DNA of 64,000 nucleotides from Thermoanaerobaculia bacterium (GTDB taxonomy: Bacteria > Acidobacteriota > Thermoanaerobaculia > Gp7-AA8). The DNA lies in contig DATEZA010000319.1 in the NCBI GenBank assembly GCA_035255945.1, positions 1,606 to 65,605 of the forward strand. Reading direction: 5' to 3'. Shown piece after piece: positions 20,503-31,587 of the stretch (positions within the stretch are counted from its first letter, which is position 1; each line of letters opens with the position of its first letter). The notes beneath the pieces are model-generated. The model was not told the DNA's origin. It did not search any database and was given only the letters and a program-made list of their open reading frames with translations. The translations under genes and the position numbers were made by a program.

Positions 20503-21480
20503 ATGAACACGGACGAGAAGGAACGGCAGGCGCTGGTACAGGCGCTGGTCGCGGAGCTTTCGGCCGCCGAGCCGCTCCATCTCGACTACGAGCTGATCGA
20601 GGCGTACGTCGACGGGCGCTGCGACCTGATCGATCAGGAGATCGTCTCCTCGCATGCCGCGATGTGCCCGATGTGCGGCCGGGAAGTGCGGGATCTGCAG
20701 ACATTTGCGGCCCAGCACCGGCGTCCGCGCCGGAACTGGCTGCCGCTCGCCGCGGCGGCGATCGCCGCCTGCCTCATTCTCGCCATTCTTCCGCTGCTCC
20801 GTCCTTCCGCAACGGTGCTTTCGCTCCACGACGGCAATCGGGAAGTGCGGCTCACGAAAGACGGGCAGCTCTCCGGCATCAGCGGTCTGACCATCGACGA
20901 CGAGCGGCGGATCGCGAACGCCTTGCGCAGCGGCATGGTCGGGATCCCGCCGAACGCCGCGCAGCTCGCAAAAACGGGCGAGGCGCTGCGCTCGACATTC
21001 CCCGCCACGCCATCAGCGTTCGAGCCGCTGGCCCCGATCGGATGCATCATCGTCAGCGACAGGCCGACCTTCGAATGGACCGCCGTTCCCGGAGCTCTCT
21101 ATCGCGTGGAAGTTTTCTCCGACCACTTCCGTCCGGTCGCGGACAGCGGTCCGATCGACGAAACGCGGTGGACCACGCCGCAGCCACTCGCGCGCGGCAC
21201 GACGTACGTCTGGCAAGTGACGGCGCTGCTCGACACAGTCGAAACGACGTCACCGGCGCCGCCGGCCCCCGAGGCTCGGTTCGCGGTGTTGGACGCGGCG
21301 AACGCGCAGGAGATCGCGCGACTCGAGCTGGTGCAGCCGCGTTCGCATCTCGCGCTGGGCGTGGCGTACGCCTCAGCGGGTGTGACGGCGGAAGCGGAGC
21401 GCGAGCTGCAGGAGCTGGCGAACGAAAATCGCGGCTCGGCCGATGCGCAGCGCTTGTTGCAATCGTTGCGCTCGCACTGA
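20503..21480 (+). CDS. Zinc-binding (ZAS-type HxxxCxxC) transmembrane anti-sigma factor with a periplasmic C-terminal domain
   Basis: The start MNTDEKERQ is preceded by GAGG. The product has the HAAMCPMC motif, a single TM helix (WLPLAAAAIAACLILAILPLL) and a C-terminal domain of about 230 aa. Confidence 0.7.
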   Translation: MNTDEKERQALVQALVAELSAAEPLHLDYELIEAYVDGRCDLIDQEIVSSHAAMCPMCGREVRDLQTFAAQHRRPRRNWLPLAAAAIAACLILAILPLLRPSATVLSLHDGNREVRLTKDGQLSGISGLTIDDERRIANALRSGMVGIPPNAAQLAKTGEALRSTFPATPSAFEPLAPIGCIIVSDRPTFEWTAVPGALYRVEVFSDHFRPVADSGPIDETRWTTPQPLARGTTYVWQVTALLDTVETTSPAPPAPEARFAVLDAANAQEIARLELVQPRSHLALGVAYASAGVTAEAERELQELANENRGSADAQRLLQSLRSH

Positions 21481-21482
21481 GC

Positions 21483-21540
21483 GGCCCTCATCCGGCCTTC
21501 GGCCACCTTCTCCCCGCTGCGCGGGGCGAAGGCCAGGGGC
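21483..21540. repeat. Family-B hairpin element, truncated copy
   Basis: ggccctcatccggccttcggccaccttctccccgctgcgcggggcgaagg lies immediately after the anti-sigma stop codon. Confidence 0.7.
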
Positions 21541-21692
21541 GAGCGCTCGCTGCACACGCCATCGACCTCACAAACCAAAATCGCATCGATGAAGCTGCAT
21601 CCGTCGCATTCGACGCGCGCGTTGCCGCTCTCGCATGCAATGACCTGATCGGCGTTGCGCGTGCGGCGGACGCGCAGGGCGTCGTCGCGCGC

Positions 21693-23660
21693 ATGCGCAA
21701 CGATGCTGATGCCGCGCTCGACTACACGAGCGAAGCGCTCGCACTCGGCGAGTTCGCGCACGACACCTTCACGATCGCGCGCGCATGGAGCGATCTCGGC
21801 CGCATCTACTTCGATCTGCTCGAAGACTACGACGCAGCGCTCGCCGCGTATCAGCGCAGTCTCGCGATCAATCCCTCCGATTCGCGCGTGCTGAACAACC
21901 TCGGCAACCTCGCGCGCGCCGAGGGCGACTTCCGCAATGCGATCGCGTACTACAAGCGGAGCGGTGCGGCGGCGAAGAAGGCGAAGGATCGGTATGGCGA
22001 GATCAGCGCGGAGCACAACATCGGACTGGTGTACACGCAGCAGAACGATCCAGCCGCGGCGCTCTTGCATCTGCGACGCGCTCTCGCGATGGATCGCTCG
22101 GCGCGCACGCTGCTGTCGATCTCGGAGGCGGAGCGCGCACTCGGCAACGACGCCGCGGCGTTGCGCGATCTGCGCCGCGCGCGTGCTGCGTCGAAAGATG
22201 ATCTGACGCTTGCGACGATCCTGTTGCGCGAAGGCGATCTGCGGCTCGACCGGCACGATCTCGCCGGCGCAGCGCGCGCGTTCGATCAGAGCATTCGCCT
22301 CGCGCCGACGCCGGCCGCGCTGACGTATCGCGCGCGGTTGCGCCTCGCGCAGAAGCGATACGCGGATGCAGCGTCAATCGCGATCGATGCGGCGAATCGC
22401 GCGAACGATCCCGACACGATCGCGCACGCGCAGTCGATCGCGGGGCAGGCGTATCGCGCGTTGCACAATCGCGACGCGGCGAAACGCGCGTTCAGCGCGG
22501 CGATCGATGCGATCGAGCGCGAACGGCGGCAGGTCGCGGGCGGCGCGGAGTCGCGCGAGCGTTCGTTCGAAGCGAAGGTCTATCCGTATCTCGCGATGGT
22601 CGATCTGCTCGCAGAATCGAACGACGCGCGAGGCGCGCTCGAATACGCGGAGCGCGCGAAGGGACGCGTGCTCGTCGACGTGCTGCAGGGTCGCATCAGC
22701 GTGCCGGCGTTTCGTCTGCAACTGCCCGAGGAAGGCGACGCGATTCTCGAATACGCGGTGAGCGATTCCGCGCTGTACGCGTTCGTCGTCACGCGCGAGG
22801 GCGTGCGCGAGTTCACCACTGTGATTCCGCGCGCGGAGCTCGCCGCGGTCTGCAATCGTTTCGCGAGCGAGCTCGCCAGCCGCAATCTCGCGTTCCGCCG
22901 CACCGCGCGGCATCTGTGGGATCTGCTGCTGGAGCCGGAAGCGCCGCTGCTGCGCGGGAAGAAACGGATTTGCATCGTGCCGGATTCGGAGCTCTGGCGC
23001 GTGCCGTTCCAGGCGCTGATCGATCCGAGCGATCGCTACGTCGCCGACGATGCGGCGATTTTTTATGCGCCGTCGATCGCGGCAATAAGGCCCGGTGTAC
23101 GACAAGCTCTCAGCTTGTCGCCTCTCATCGTCGCCATGCCCGAAGCGCGCAGCGAAGCCGAACAGATCGCCGCGATCTATGCGCCTCGCGCGCATGTCGA
23201 GATCGATGCACGCGAGCAGCTCGTCAAAGACGCCGCGCCGCGTTACGACATCCTCCACTTCGCAACGCACGGCGTGTTCGACGACGACGCGCCGCTCTCC
23301 TCGTACCTCGTGTTCGGACGCGGACGGCTCGAGGCGCGCGAGATGATGTCGATGCACCTCAACGCGCAGCTCGTCGTGCTCTCCGCGTGTCAGACGGCGA
23401 TGGGACGACCCGCGCCGGGCGAAGGGATCATCGGCATGTCGTGGGCGCTGTTCGTCGCCGGCTGTCCGACGATGGTCGCGAGCGAATGGAAAGTCGAGGC
23501 GACGAGCACGTCGGCGATGATGGTCGCGTTCCATCGCAATGTCGCGCAACGCGGGATGTCACCGGCGGAAGCGCTGCGCGCGGCGCAACTCGATGTGCGC
23601 AGGCATTACGAGCATCCGTTTTACTGGGCGTCGTTCGTCGTGTTGGGGCGGGGGTGGTGA
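21693..23660 (+). CDS. TPR-CHAT protein (paralogue of 182-2587); the N-terminus is possibly truncated or uses a non-canonical start
   Basis: The first ATG lies after the family-B element. The open frame continues upstream with protein-like sequence but no ATG/GTG/TTG. The C-terminus has HFATHG, LSACQTA and HPFYWASFVVLGRG CHAT motifs. Confidence 0.6.
   Translation: MRNDADAALDYTSEALALGEFAHDTFTIARAWSDLGRIYFDLLEDYDAALAAYQRSLAINPSDSRVLNNLGNLARAEGDFRNAIAYYKRSGAAAKKAKDRYGEISAEHNIGLVYTQQNDPAAALLHLRRALAMDRSARTLLSISEAERALGNDAAALRDLRRARAASKDDLTLATILLREGDLRLDRHDLAGAARAFDQSIRLAPTPAALTYRARLRLAQKRYADAASIAIDAANRANDPDTIAHAQSIAGQAYRALHNRDAAKRAFSAAIDAIERERRQVAGGAESRERSFEAKVYPYLAMVDLLAESNDARGALEYAERAKGRVLVDVLQGRISVPAFRLQLPEEGDAILEYAVSDSALYAFVVTREGVREFTTVIPRAELAAVCNRFASELASRNLAFRRTARHLWDLLLEPEAPLLRGKKRICIVPDSELWRVPFQALIDPSDRYVADDAAIFYAPSIAAIRPGVRQALSLSPLIVAMPEARSEAEQIAAIYAPRAHVEIDAREQLVKDAAPRYDILHFATHGVFDDDAPLSSYLVFGRGRLEAREMMSMHLNAQLVVLSACQTAMGRPAPGEGIIGMSWALFVAGCPTMVASEWKVEATSTSAMMVAFHRNVAQRGMSPAEALRAAQLDVRRHYEHPFYWASFVVLGRGW
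23094..23121. repeat. Second copy of the palindromic caagctctcagcttg element, in-frame inside the TPR-CHAT coding sequence
   Basis: ggtgtacgacaagctctcagcttgtcgcc parallels ggtgtagggcaagctctcagcttgcccc at 19380. It encodes RQALSLS. Confidence 0.65.
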
Positions 23661-23667
23661 TTGACGC

Positions 23668-23712
23668 GAGCCCCTCACCCCTGACCCCTCTCCCCGCAAG
23701 CGGGGCGAGGGG
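23668..23712. repeat. Family-B hairpin element, variant copy
   Basis: gcccctcacccctgacccctctccccgcaagcggggcgaggggg lies between the convergent genes ending at 23660 and 23715. Confidence 0.7.
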
Positions 23713-23714
23713 GA

Positions 23715-24341
23715 CTATTTCCGGATCGGTTCCAGCTCGTTCGGGGCGAGCGGCTGGCCGAGGGTGGACTTCATCGCGCCGGAGATCGAGGCGAACGGCG
23801 AGGTTGCCGGACCGGTCCCGCCGCGCTGCGCTTCGAACTTGTTCGCCAGCTGGAACGATGCGACGAAGCGCTTGAAGTCGTCCATCGCATTGCGCGACTC
23901 CGACGCGTACTGAATCGTGTAGATGCGATTCAGCGCCGCGAGGTAGCCCTCGACGTACATGACCTTCCCGTTCTTGTCGATGCGGGTGTACGAGTAGGTG
24001 TACGACGGAAAGATCGGCGACGTGGTGCGCATCGTGTGGAACTCGCCGATGTGAAAGCCCGCCGCCTCGGCATCGAAGCGCAGCGTCGTCTGCACCGCGT
24101 ACAGCAGATGCTCGTCGACCTTGAAGTTGCCGGTCGGCGTCACGGTGATCGAAAAACGCTCGCCGTGCGGATCGCTCACGTACAGGACGCCGTCGTACTC
24201 GCCGAGCTCCTTGTGAGCGACGGTGCTCCACTTCCAGTCGGACGCCGGCGTCGCGATCGAAAAATTCAGATCGCGATCGGTGAAGCGGTCCTGCGCGGTC
24301 AGCGATGTGGCGAAGAGGAGCAGCGCAATCAGGTTTCGCAT
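23715..24341 (-). CDS. Hypothetical secreted protein
   Basis: The 208-aa product begins with a signal peptide (MRNLIALLLFATSLTAQD). It has no recognisable domain. Confidence 0.45.
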   Translation of the reverse strand: MRNLIALLLFATSLTAQDRFTDRDLNFSIATPASDWKWSTVAHKELGEYDGVLYVSDPHGERFSITVTPTGNFKVDEHLLYAVQTTLRFDAEAAGFHIGEFHTMRTTSPIFPSYTYSYTRIDKNGKVMYVEGYLAALNRIYTIQYASESRNAMDDFKRFVASFQLANKFEAQRGGTGPATSPFASISGAMKSTLGQPLAPNELEPIRK

Positions 24342-24344
24342 GAT

Positions 24345-25283
24345 TCAGATGCCGGTCGGAATCTCTTCTTCGGGACGTTCGTCCTGCACGAGTTTGTCCA
24401 GGATGATCGCCTGATGCTTCGCGGTCACGACTTTTTCGTCGACCGTCTCGACACGCTCGAGCGCAGCAGTCAGCTCGAGCGAGCTCCGTTCCACCGCTTC
24501 CATGAACGTCGGCTCGGAGCGCGGCAGCACGATCGGCAGCTCCGCCTGTTCCGCCGGCGCGCGGCGCCACCAGCGCTCTTCCGATTCGCGGAAGTCCTTG
24601 TTGAACATCAGCAGCGTCGGGACGATCTTCTCGTACAGCTGCGCGGTCGCGCGTACGTCTTCGAGGCAGTAGTCGGCGATCTCGCGATGCCGTCCCATGC
24701 GGTACCACATCTCGACCGAGCGGCCGTCGATGCCTTCGCTCTTCGACGTCTCGACGCCGAACGTCTTGCACGCGAGATCGAGGTTGAATTTGAACTGGCG
24801 GCTGTTCGTCGTGCCGAAGAAATTGAGCGCCTCGCGCAGATCGCAGTTCGGGTGATAGCCGTAGCGATAGCCGACGAGATCGCGCTTCGGCACGACGCCG
24901 TGAATCGCGGAACGGATCATCAGGAACGGGCCGTCGAACTGCCGTCCGTTGAAGCTGATGAAGCGCGAGTCGTCATCGAAGAACTGCCAGAACTTTTCGA
25001 GGATCTGCTTCTCGCTGCCGGAGATGTAGGTGCGCGTGTTGACGCGCTCGACGCGCAGCTCGGTCTGGCCCGGCACTTCATACAACACGCACGAGCGGCC
25101 GTCTTCGATGTTGATCACGCCGATCGCGACGATGCGGCCGCGAAATGGTGAGAGTCCGCCGGCCCGCCGCGCCTCCTCGGCATCACCGTCCGACAATCCC
25201 TTGATCAGATACTCGCGAACGTACGGGTCGAGCTCTTCCCACGGAATGCCGACGGTCTCGATGTCGATGACGAGTTTTTTCAT
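24345..25283 (-). CDS. Predicted 3'-5' exonuclease related to the PolB exonuclease domain (RNase H-like fold)
   Basis: The 312-aa product begins MKKLVIDIETVGIP, an Exo I-type acidic motif. Its overall pattern resembles COG3298-type proteins. Confidence 0.5.
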   Translation of the reverse strand: MKKLVIDIETVGIPWEELDPYVREYLIKGLSDGDAEEARRAGGLSPFRGRIVAIGVINIEDGRSCVLYEVPGQTELRVERVNTRTYISGSEKQILEKFWQFFDDDSRFISFNGRQFDGPFLMIRSAIHGVVPKRDLVGYRYGYHPNCDLREALNFFGTTNSRQFKFNLDLACKTFGVETSKSEGIDGRSVEMWYRMGRHREIADYCLEDVRATAQLYEKIVPTLLMFNKDFRESEERWWRRAPAEQAELPIVLPRSEPTFMEAVERSSLELTAALERVETVDEKVVTAKHQAIILDKLVQDERPEEEIPTGI

Positions 25284-25472
25284 GATGGGCGCGTGCGTGC
25301 AATTTTATGACAGCGCACGCGCCCCGATGATTCCGGGTGCAGAGTCCGGATAGCAGCCGCTACCGGAGCGCGGGCCTCCGGCCCGCAGTCGGCGGCCGTC
25401 TCGGCCGGCGACAGGTTTTCGCGATCAGGCGAGACGCCCAATCGCTGCGGCCGGGACGGCCGCGCTCCGTGC

Positions 25473-28051
<2,579 letters not shown>

Positions 28052-28052
<1 letters not shown>

Positions 28053-29143
28053 TGGTTTCAACGACGTTCGTCGCCGCACCGCCGAAGGAGCTCGTCTTCG
28101 ATGACGGCTTTCGCTTCACGCACGGTCAGGTCATCAAACCGTTCACCGTCCGCTACGAGACGTTCGGCGAGCTGAACGCCGACAAATCGAACGCGATCCT
28201 CGTCTGTCACGCGCTCTCCGCGAGCGCGCACGCGGCGGGCAGGTACACCGACAGCGATGACGAGCGGCCGGGCTGGTGGGATGGACTGATCGGCTACGGC
28301 AAAGGGATCGATCTCGAGAAGTACTTCGTGATCTGCGCGAATCTGCCCGGCTCGTGCTACGGGACGACGGCGCCGAAGTCGATCGATCCGGAGAGCGGCA
28401 ACGCGTACGGCTCGAGCTATCCCTGGCCGACGATCGAAGACATGGTGCATTCGCAGAAGCAGCTGCTCGATCGGCTCGGCATCACGCATCTGCACGCGAT
28501 CGCCGGCGGTTCGCTCGGCGGGATGCAGGTGCTGATGTGGGCCGCTCTCTATCCCGACTTCGCGGACTCCATCATCGCGATGTGCAGCGGTCCGGCCGTG
28601 CCGGTGCTCGGCATCGCGTGGCACATCATCGGCCGCAAGATCATCGAGAGCGACACGCGTTTTCACGGTGGCGATTACTACGACAAGCCCGATCCGCTGC
28701 GCGGCCTGGAAGTCGCGCGCATGGTCGGCCACATGACGTACCTCTCCGCGCAGGCGCTGCAGACGAAGTTCGGGCGCCGCCGCCGCGGCAACACGCGGCA
28801 GTTCGAGATCGATTCGTACTTCGAGTACCAGGGAAAGAAATTCGCATCGCAGTACGACGCGAACTCGTACATCCGCGTGCAGGCGGCGATGGACGAGATG
28901 GACCTCGAGGAGCAGTTCGGATCGCTGCAGGCGGCGTTCGCGAAGTGGCGCGGACGCACGCTGATCATTTCGTTCGACACCGACTGGCTCTTTCCGCAGC
29001 TCGAATCGGAGCGCGTCGCGTCGGCGCTCCGCTCGCTCGGCGTGCACGTGCAGCACGAGCGGATGACGTCGCCGAACGGCCACGATTCGTTCCTGATCGA
29101 TTACGATCTCATCACGCCACCCGTTCGCGAATTCCTCAGCTGA
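28052..29143 (+). CDS. metX: Homoserine O-acetyltransferase
   Basis: The 363-aa alpha/beta hydrolase has the nucleophile motif GGSLGGMQ, and its N-terminal region matches the MetX pattern. Confidence 0.85.
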
Positions 29144-29949
29144 TGATCGTCCCCGGCGCTCGCTTTGGCCTTCATCTGCATGTGCACTCGCTGCGCAGCG
29201 GAGACGATCGCGACCTCGGTCCGACCGAGTCGCGCGTCGAGATCGTGGGCGACGTGATGGTTTCGACGCATGAAGGTGCGCTCGTCGCGCAGCACGTCGA
29301 CAAGAACCTGCAGCGCATCGGTACGCCGGTGGTGATCAGTCCCGCGGTCTGGTTCTATCGCTCACTCGGATTCGCGGAGTTCTCCGTGTCGCCGCGCACG
29401 CTGGTGTACGCGACACCGGCGGCCGAGGGACACGCGACGTGGTTGGATCGAAGCGGTGCGATCGTCGGAACGATCGGGCCAAACGATGCTCGCGGCGGAC
29501 GCATCTCGCGCGATGGCCGCCACATCACGATGCCGGTGATGGATGCGGCGCACGGAACGGCTGACGCCTGGATCGCCGACATCTCACGCGCTTCGGCGGT
29601 GAAGGTGACGAATACACCATGGTCGGAAGGCTCTCCGCTGCTCTCGCCCGACGGGCAGTTCCTCGCTTACTCCGGCGAGCCGGATGGTCCGCCGCACATC
29701 TTCATGCAATCGCTCGGCGGAACACCGCAGGCGGTAACCGCGGTGCGCGGCATTCAGTACCTCAACGACTGGTCGCCCGACGGCACGACGCTGTTGTTCC
29801 GCGAGCTCGATCCGAAGACGAACATCGATCTCTGGACCGTGGCGGCGCGTCCGAATTCGCAACCGGTGCCGCTGCTGCGCACGCCGTTCAACGAGACGAA
29901 CGGCCGGCGACATCAAGACCGGACGGAGAGTGGAATGACTTCGAGGTGA
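29144..29949 (+). CDS. WD40-like (PD40/TolB-type) beta-propeller repeat protein, possibly C-terminally truncated
   Basis: The 268-aa product has PD40 repeats (SPDGQFLAYSG, WSPDGTTLLF). Its odd charged C-terminus ends just before a family-A element. The start ATG overlaps the metX stop. Confidence 0.45.
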
Positions 29950-29956
29950 CGGCCTC

Positions 29957-30051
29957 GTCATCCCGAGCGTAAGTCGAGGGACCTGGGGTGCGGGTGGCAC
30001 GATCAACGCGCCACACGCCCTCCCGGGTCCCTCGACTACGCTCGGGATGAC
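29957..30051. repeat. Family-A inverted-repeat element (termini GTCATCCCGAGC ... GCTCGGGATGAC)
   Basis: The arms gtcatcccgagcgtaagtcgagggacc / ggtccctcgactacgctcgggatgac flank a GC-rich centre. Confidence 0.75.
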
Positions 30052-30144
30052 GCTTACCGGATGGCAATCGGTTCCTGGTCGCGCGCCGTCTTTCCGGACC
30101 GGAAATGCGTCCGCTCAGCGCGGTGATCAACTGGCGCGAGCTGC

Positions 30145-31578
30145 TCAATCAGCAGGCGAAGTAGCGTTCTCGAATTCGCGCAATCGCTGCTCGAACCGCC
30201 ATTGTTCGCGCGCTTTCGCACTTTTTTTGATCAGTGCATCGCAGGCATTGCCGCACGCGTACGACGCGTATTCGCCGTTCGTCCAGAGGCTCGCGCCTTC
30301 GAGAAACGAGTACTGCAGGCTGTTGCGCGCGATGCGTTTCAACTCGCGGTATCCGAGGTTGTGCTCTTCGGCGGCGCGTTGAAACTCGGTCGTGAGATCG
30401 CCGCGCGAGACGCCGGGATCGTCGGTCGCGAGCACGACCGGTACGTGGTTCTGCAGGTAAAGACGCAGCGGATGATTCGCGCCTTTCACGCCGAGGATCA
30501 CGTCGTTGCTGGTGAGGCAGATCTCGACGGCGACGCCGCGTGACGACATCGTGCGCAGCAGCTCCGGCATGTTCGTTTCGCGCGCGACATCGACGCCGTG
30601 TCCGATCCGCTCCGCCTTCGCGATCATCACCGTATCGCGAATGTGATTGCGCAAGCCCTCGGGCGGCACGAGTCCCGGCGCGAGCTCGCCGGCGTGCGCG
30701 GTGAGCCGCACGGTCGGATAGAGCGGGCGGAGATACGCGAACATCTCCATCTGGTCGTCGAAGTTTTTCATCGACGCGTATCCGTCTTCGGGCATGACGG
30801 GATTGAGTCCGACGACGCGCGGATCGGCGCCCGCCAGCTCGAACGCGATGACGAGCTCCGAGAAAAACTGTTCGCGCGGAATGCCGCGGTGGACCTGCAC
30901 GAGGTAGCGAATCGTCGTGTTCGGACTCGCTTTGTGTGCTGCTGCATCGATCTGATCGAGATTCCTGCTCGAGAACGCGACGATCTCCGGGACCTTGCCG
31001 CTTTTCAGCAGCGCATCGCGCATCTCGGCGAACGAGGCGCCGGGCGTGAGAGTGGCGCCGAATCGCGCGGCGGCGCCGGAGCCGGCATCGAAAAGCGATT
31101 CGAGGTAGTCGACGTTCTCCGATGCGAAGCGCGTCGCGACGTTGGCGAGCATCTCGGGGACGTGTCGCGCGCTCACTGCGCGGAACTTGGTGAACGTGGC
31201 GAAGAAGTGATCGTGACCGTTGTCCGCCGCCGGATGGAAGTTGCGCATCGAAAGCGCGTCGATCAGCTGCGAGCGGAGCGCGTCGTTCATCGACTTCGCC
31301 GGCACGAGGCCGTGCGGCTCATCGCACGGTGGATTCGCGATCGTCAGCTGCGCCTTGTCAATGCAGAGGCCGTCCTGCATCGCCCAGTCGAGATAGGTCT
31401 CCGCGTACACGGCTCCGGAAAGATGCTCGTGCAGATCGCCGCCCTTCGGCATCGCCTCCAGAAATCGGCGGAGGAGGAGGGGATTGATGCGGATCTGGTC
31501 GAAGCGGTGCGCGGTGCCGGCTTCATCCGCGAAGACGCTTGTTGCGACGAGAAGGATCAGGAGGATGCGAAGACGCAT
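30145..31578 (-). CDS. Adenosine deaminase family protein with a signal peptide
   Basis: The 477-aa product starts MRLRILLILLVATSVFA. It has the HEHLSGA metal-binding motif, HAGE and ATDDPGVSRGDL motifs of the adenosine/AMP deaminase fold. Confidence 0.65.
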   Translation of the reverse strand: MRLRILLILLVATSVFADEAGTAHRFDQIRINPLLLRRFLEAMPKGGDLHEHLSGAVYAETYLDWAMQDGLCIDKAQLTIANPPCDEPHGLVPAKSMNDALRSQLIDALSMRNFHPAADNGHDHFFATFTKFRAVSARHVPEMLANVATRFASENVDYLESLFDAGSGAAARFGATLTPGASFAEMRDALLKSGKVPEIVAFSSRNLDQIDAAAHKASPNTTIRYLVQVHRGIPREQFFSELVIAFELAGADPRVVGLNPVMPEDGYASMKNFDDQMEMFAYLRPLYPTVRLTAHAGELAPGLVPPEGLRNHIRDTVMIAKAERIGHGVDVARETNMPELLRTMSSRGVAVEICLTSNDVILGVKGANHPLRLYLQNHVPVVLATDDPGVSRGDLTTEFQRAAEEHNLGYRELKRIARNSLQYSFLEGASLWTNGEYASYACGNACDALIKKSAKAREQWRFEQRLREFENATSPAD

Positions 31579-31587
31579 CCGCGCAGT

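Noticed and set aside
20664-21692. 5' extension of the TPR-CHAT ORF back to 20664
   Set aside because: It overlaps the anti-sigma factor gene in another frame for 800 nt. The real gene cannot start before the anti-sigma stop at 21480.
25284-25472. Multiple GC hairpins downstream of mdh as a novel repeat family
   Set aside because: These sequences do not recur elsewhere in the window. They are most simply ordinary terminator structures for mdh and the convergent or divergent neighbour.
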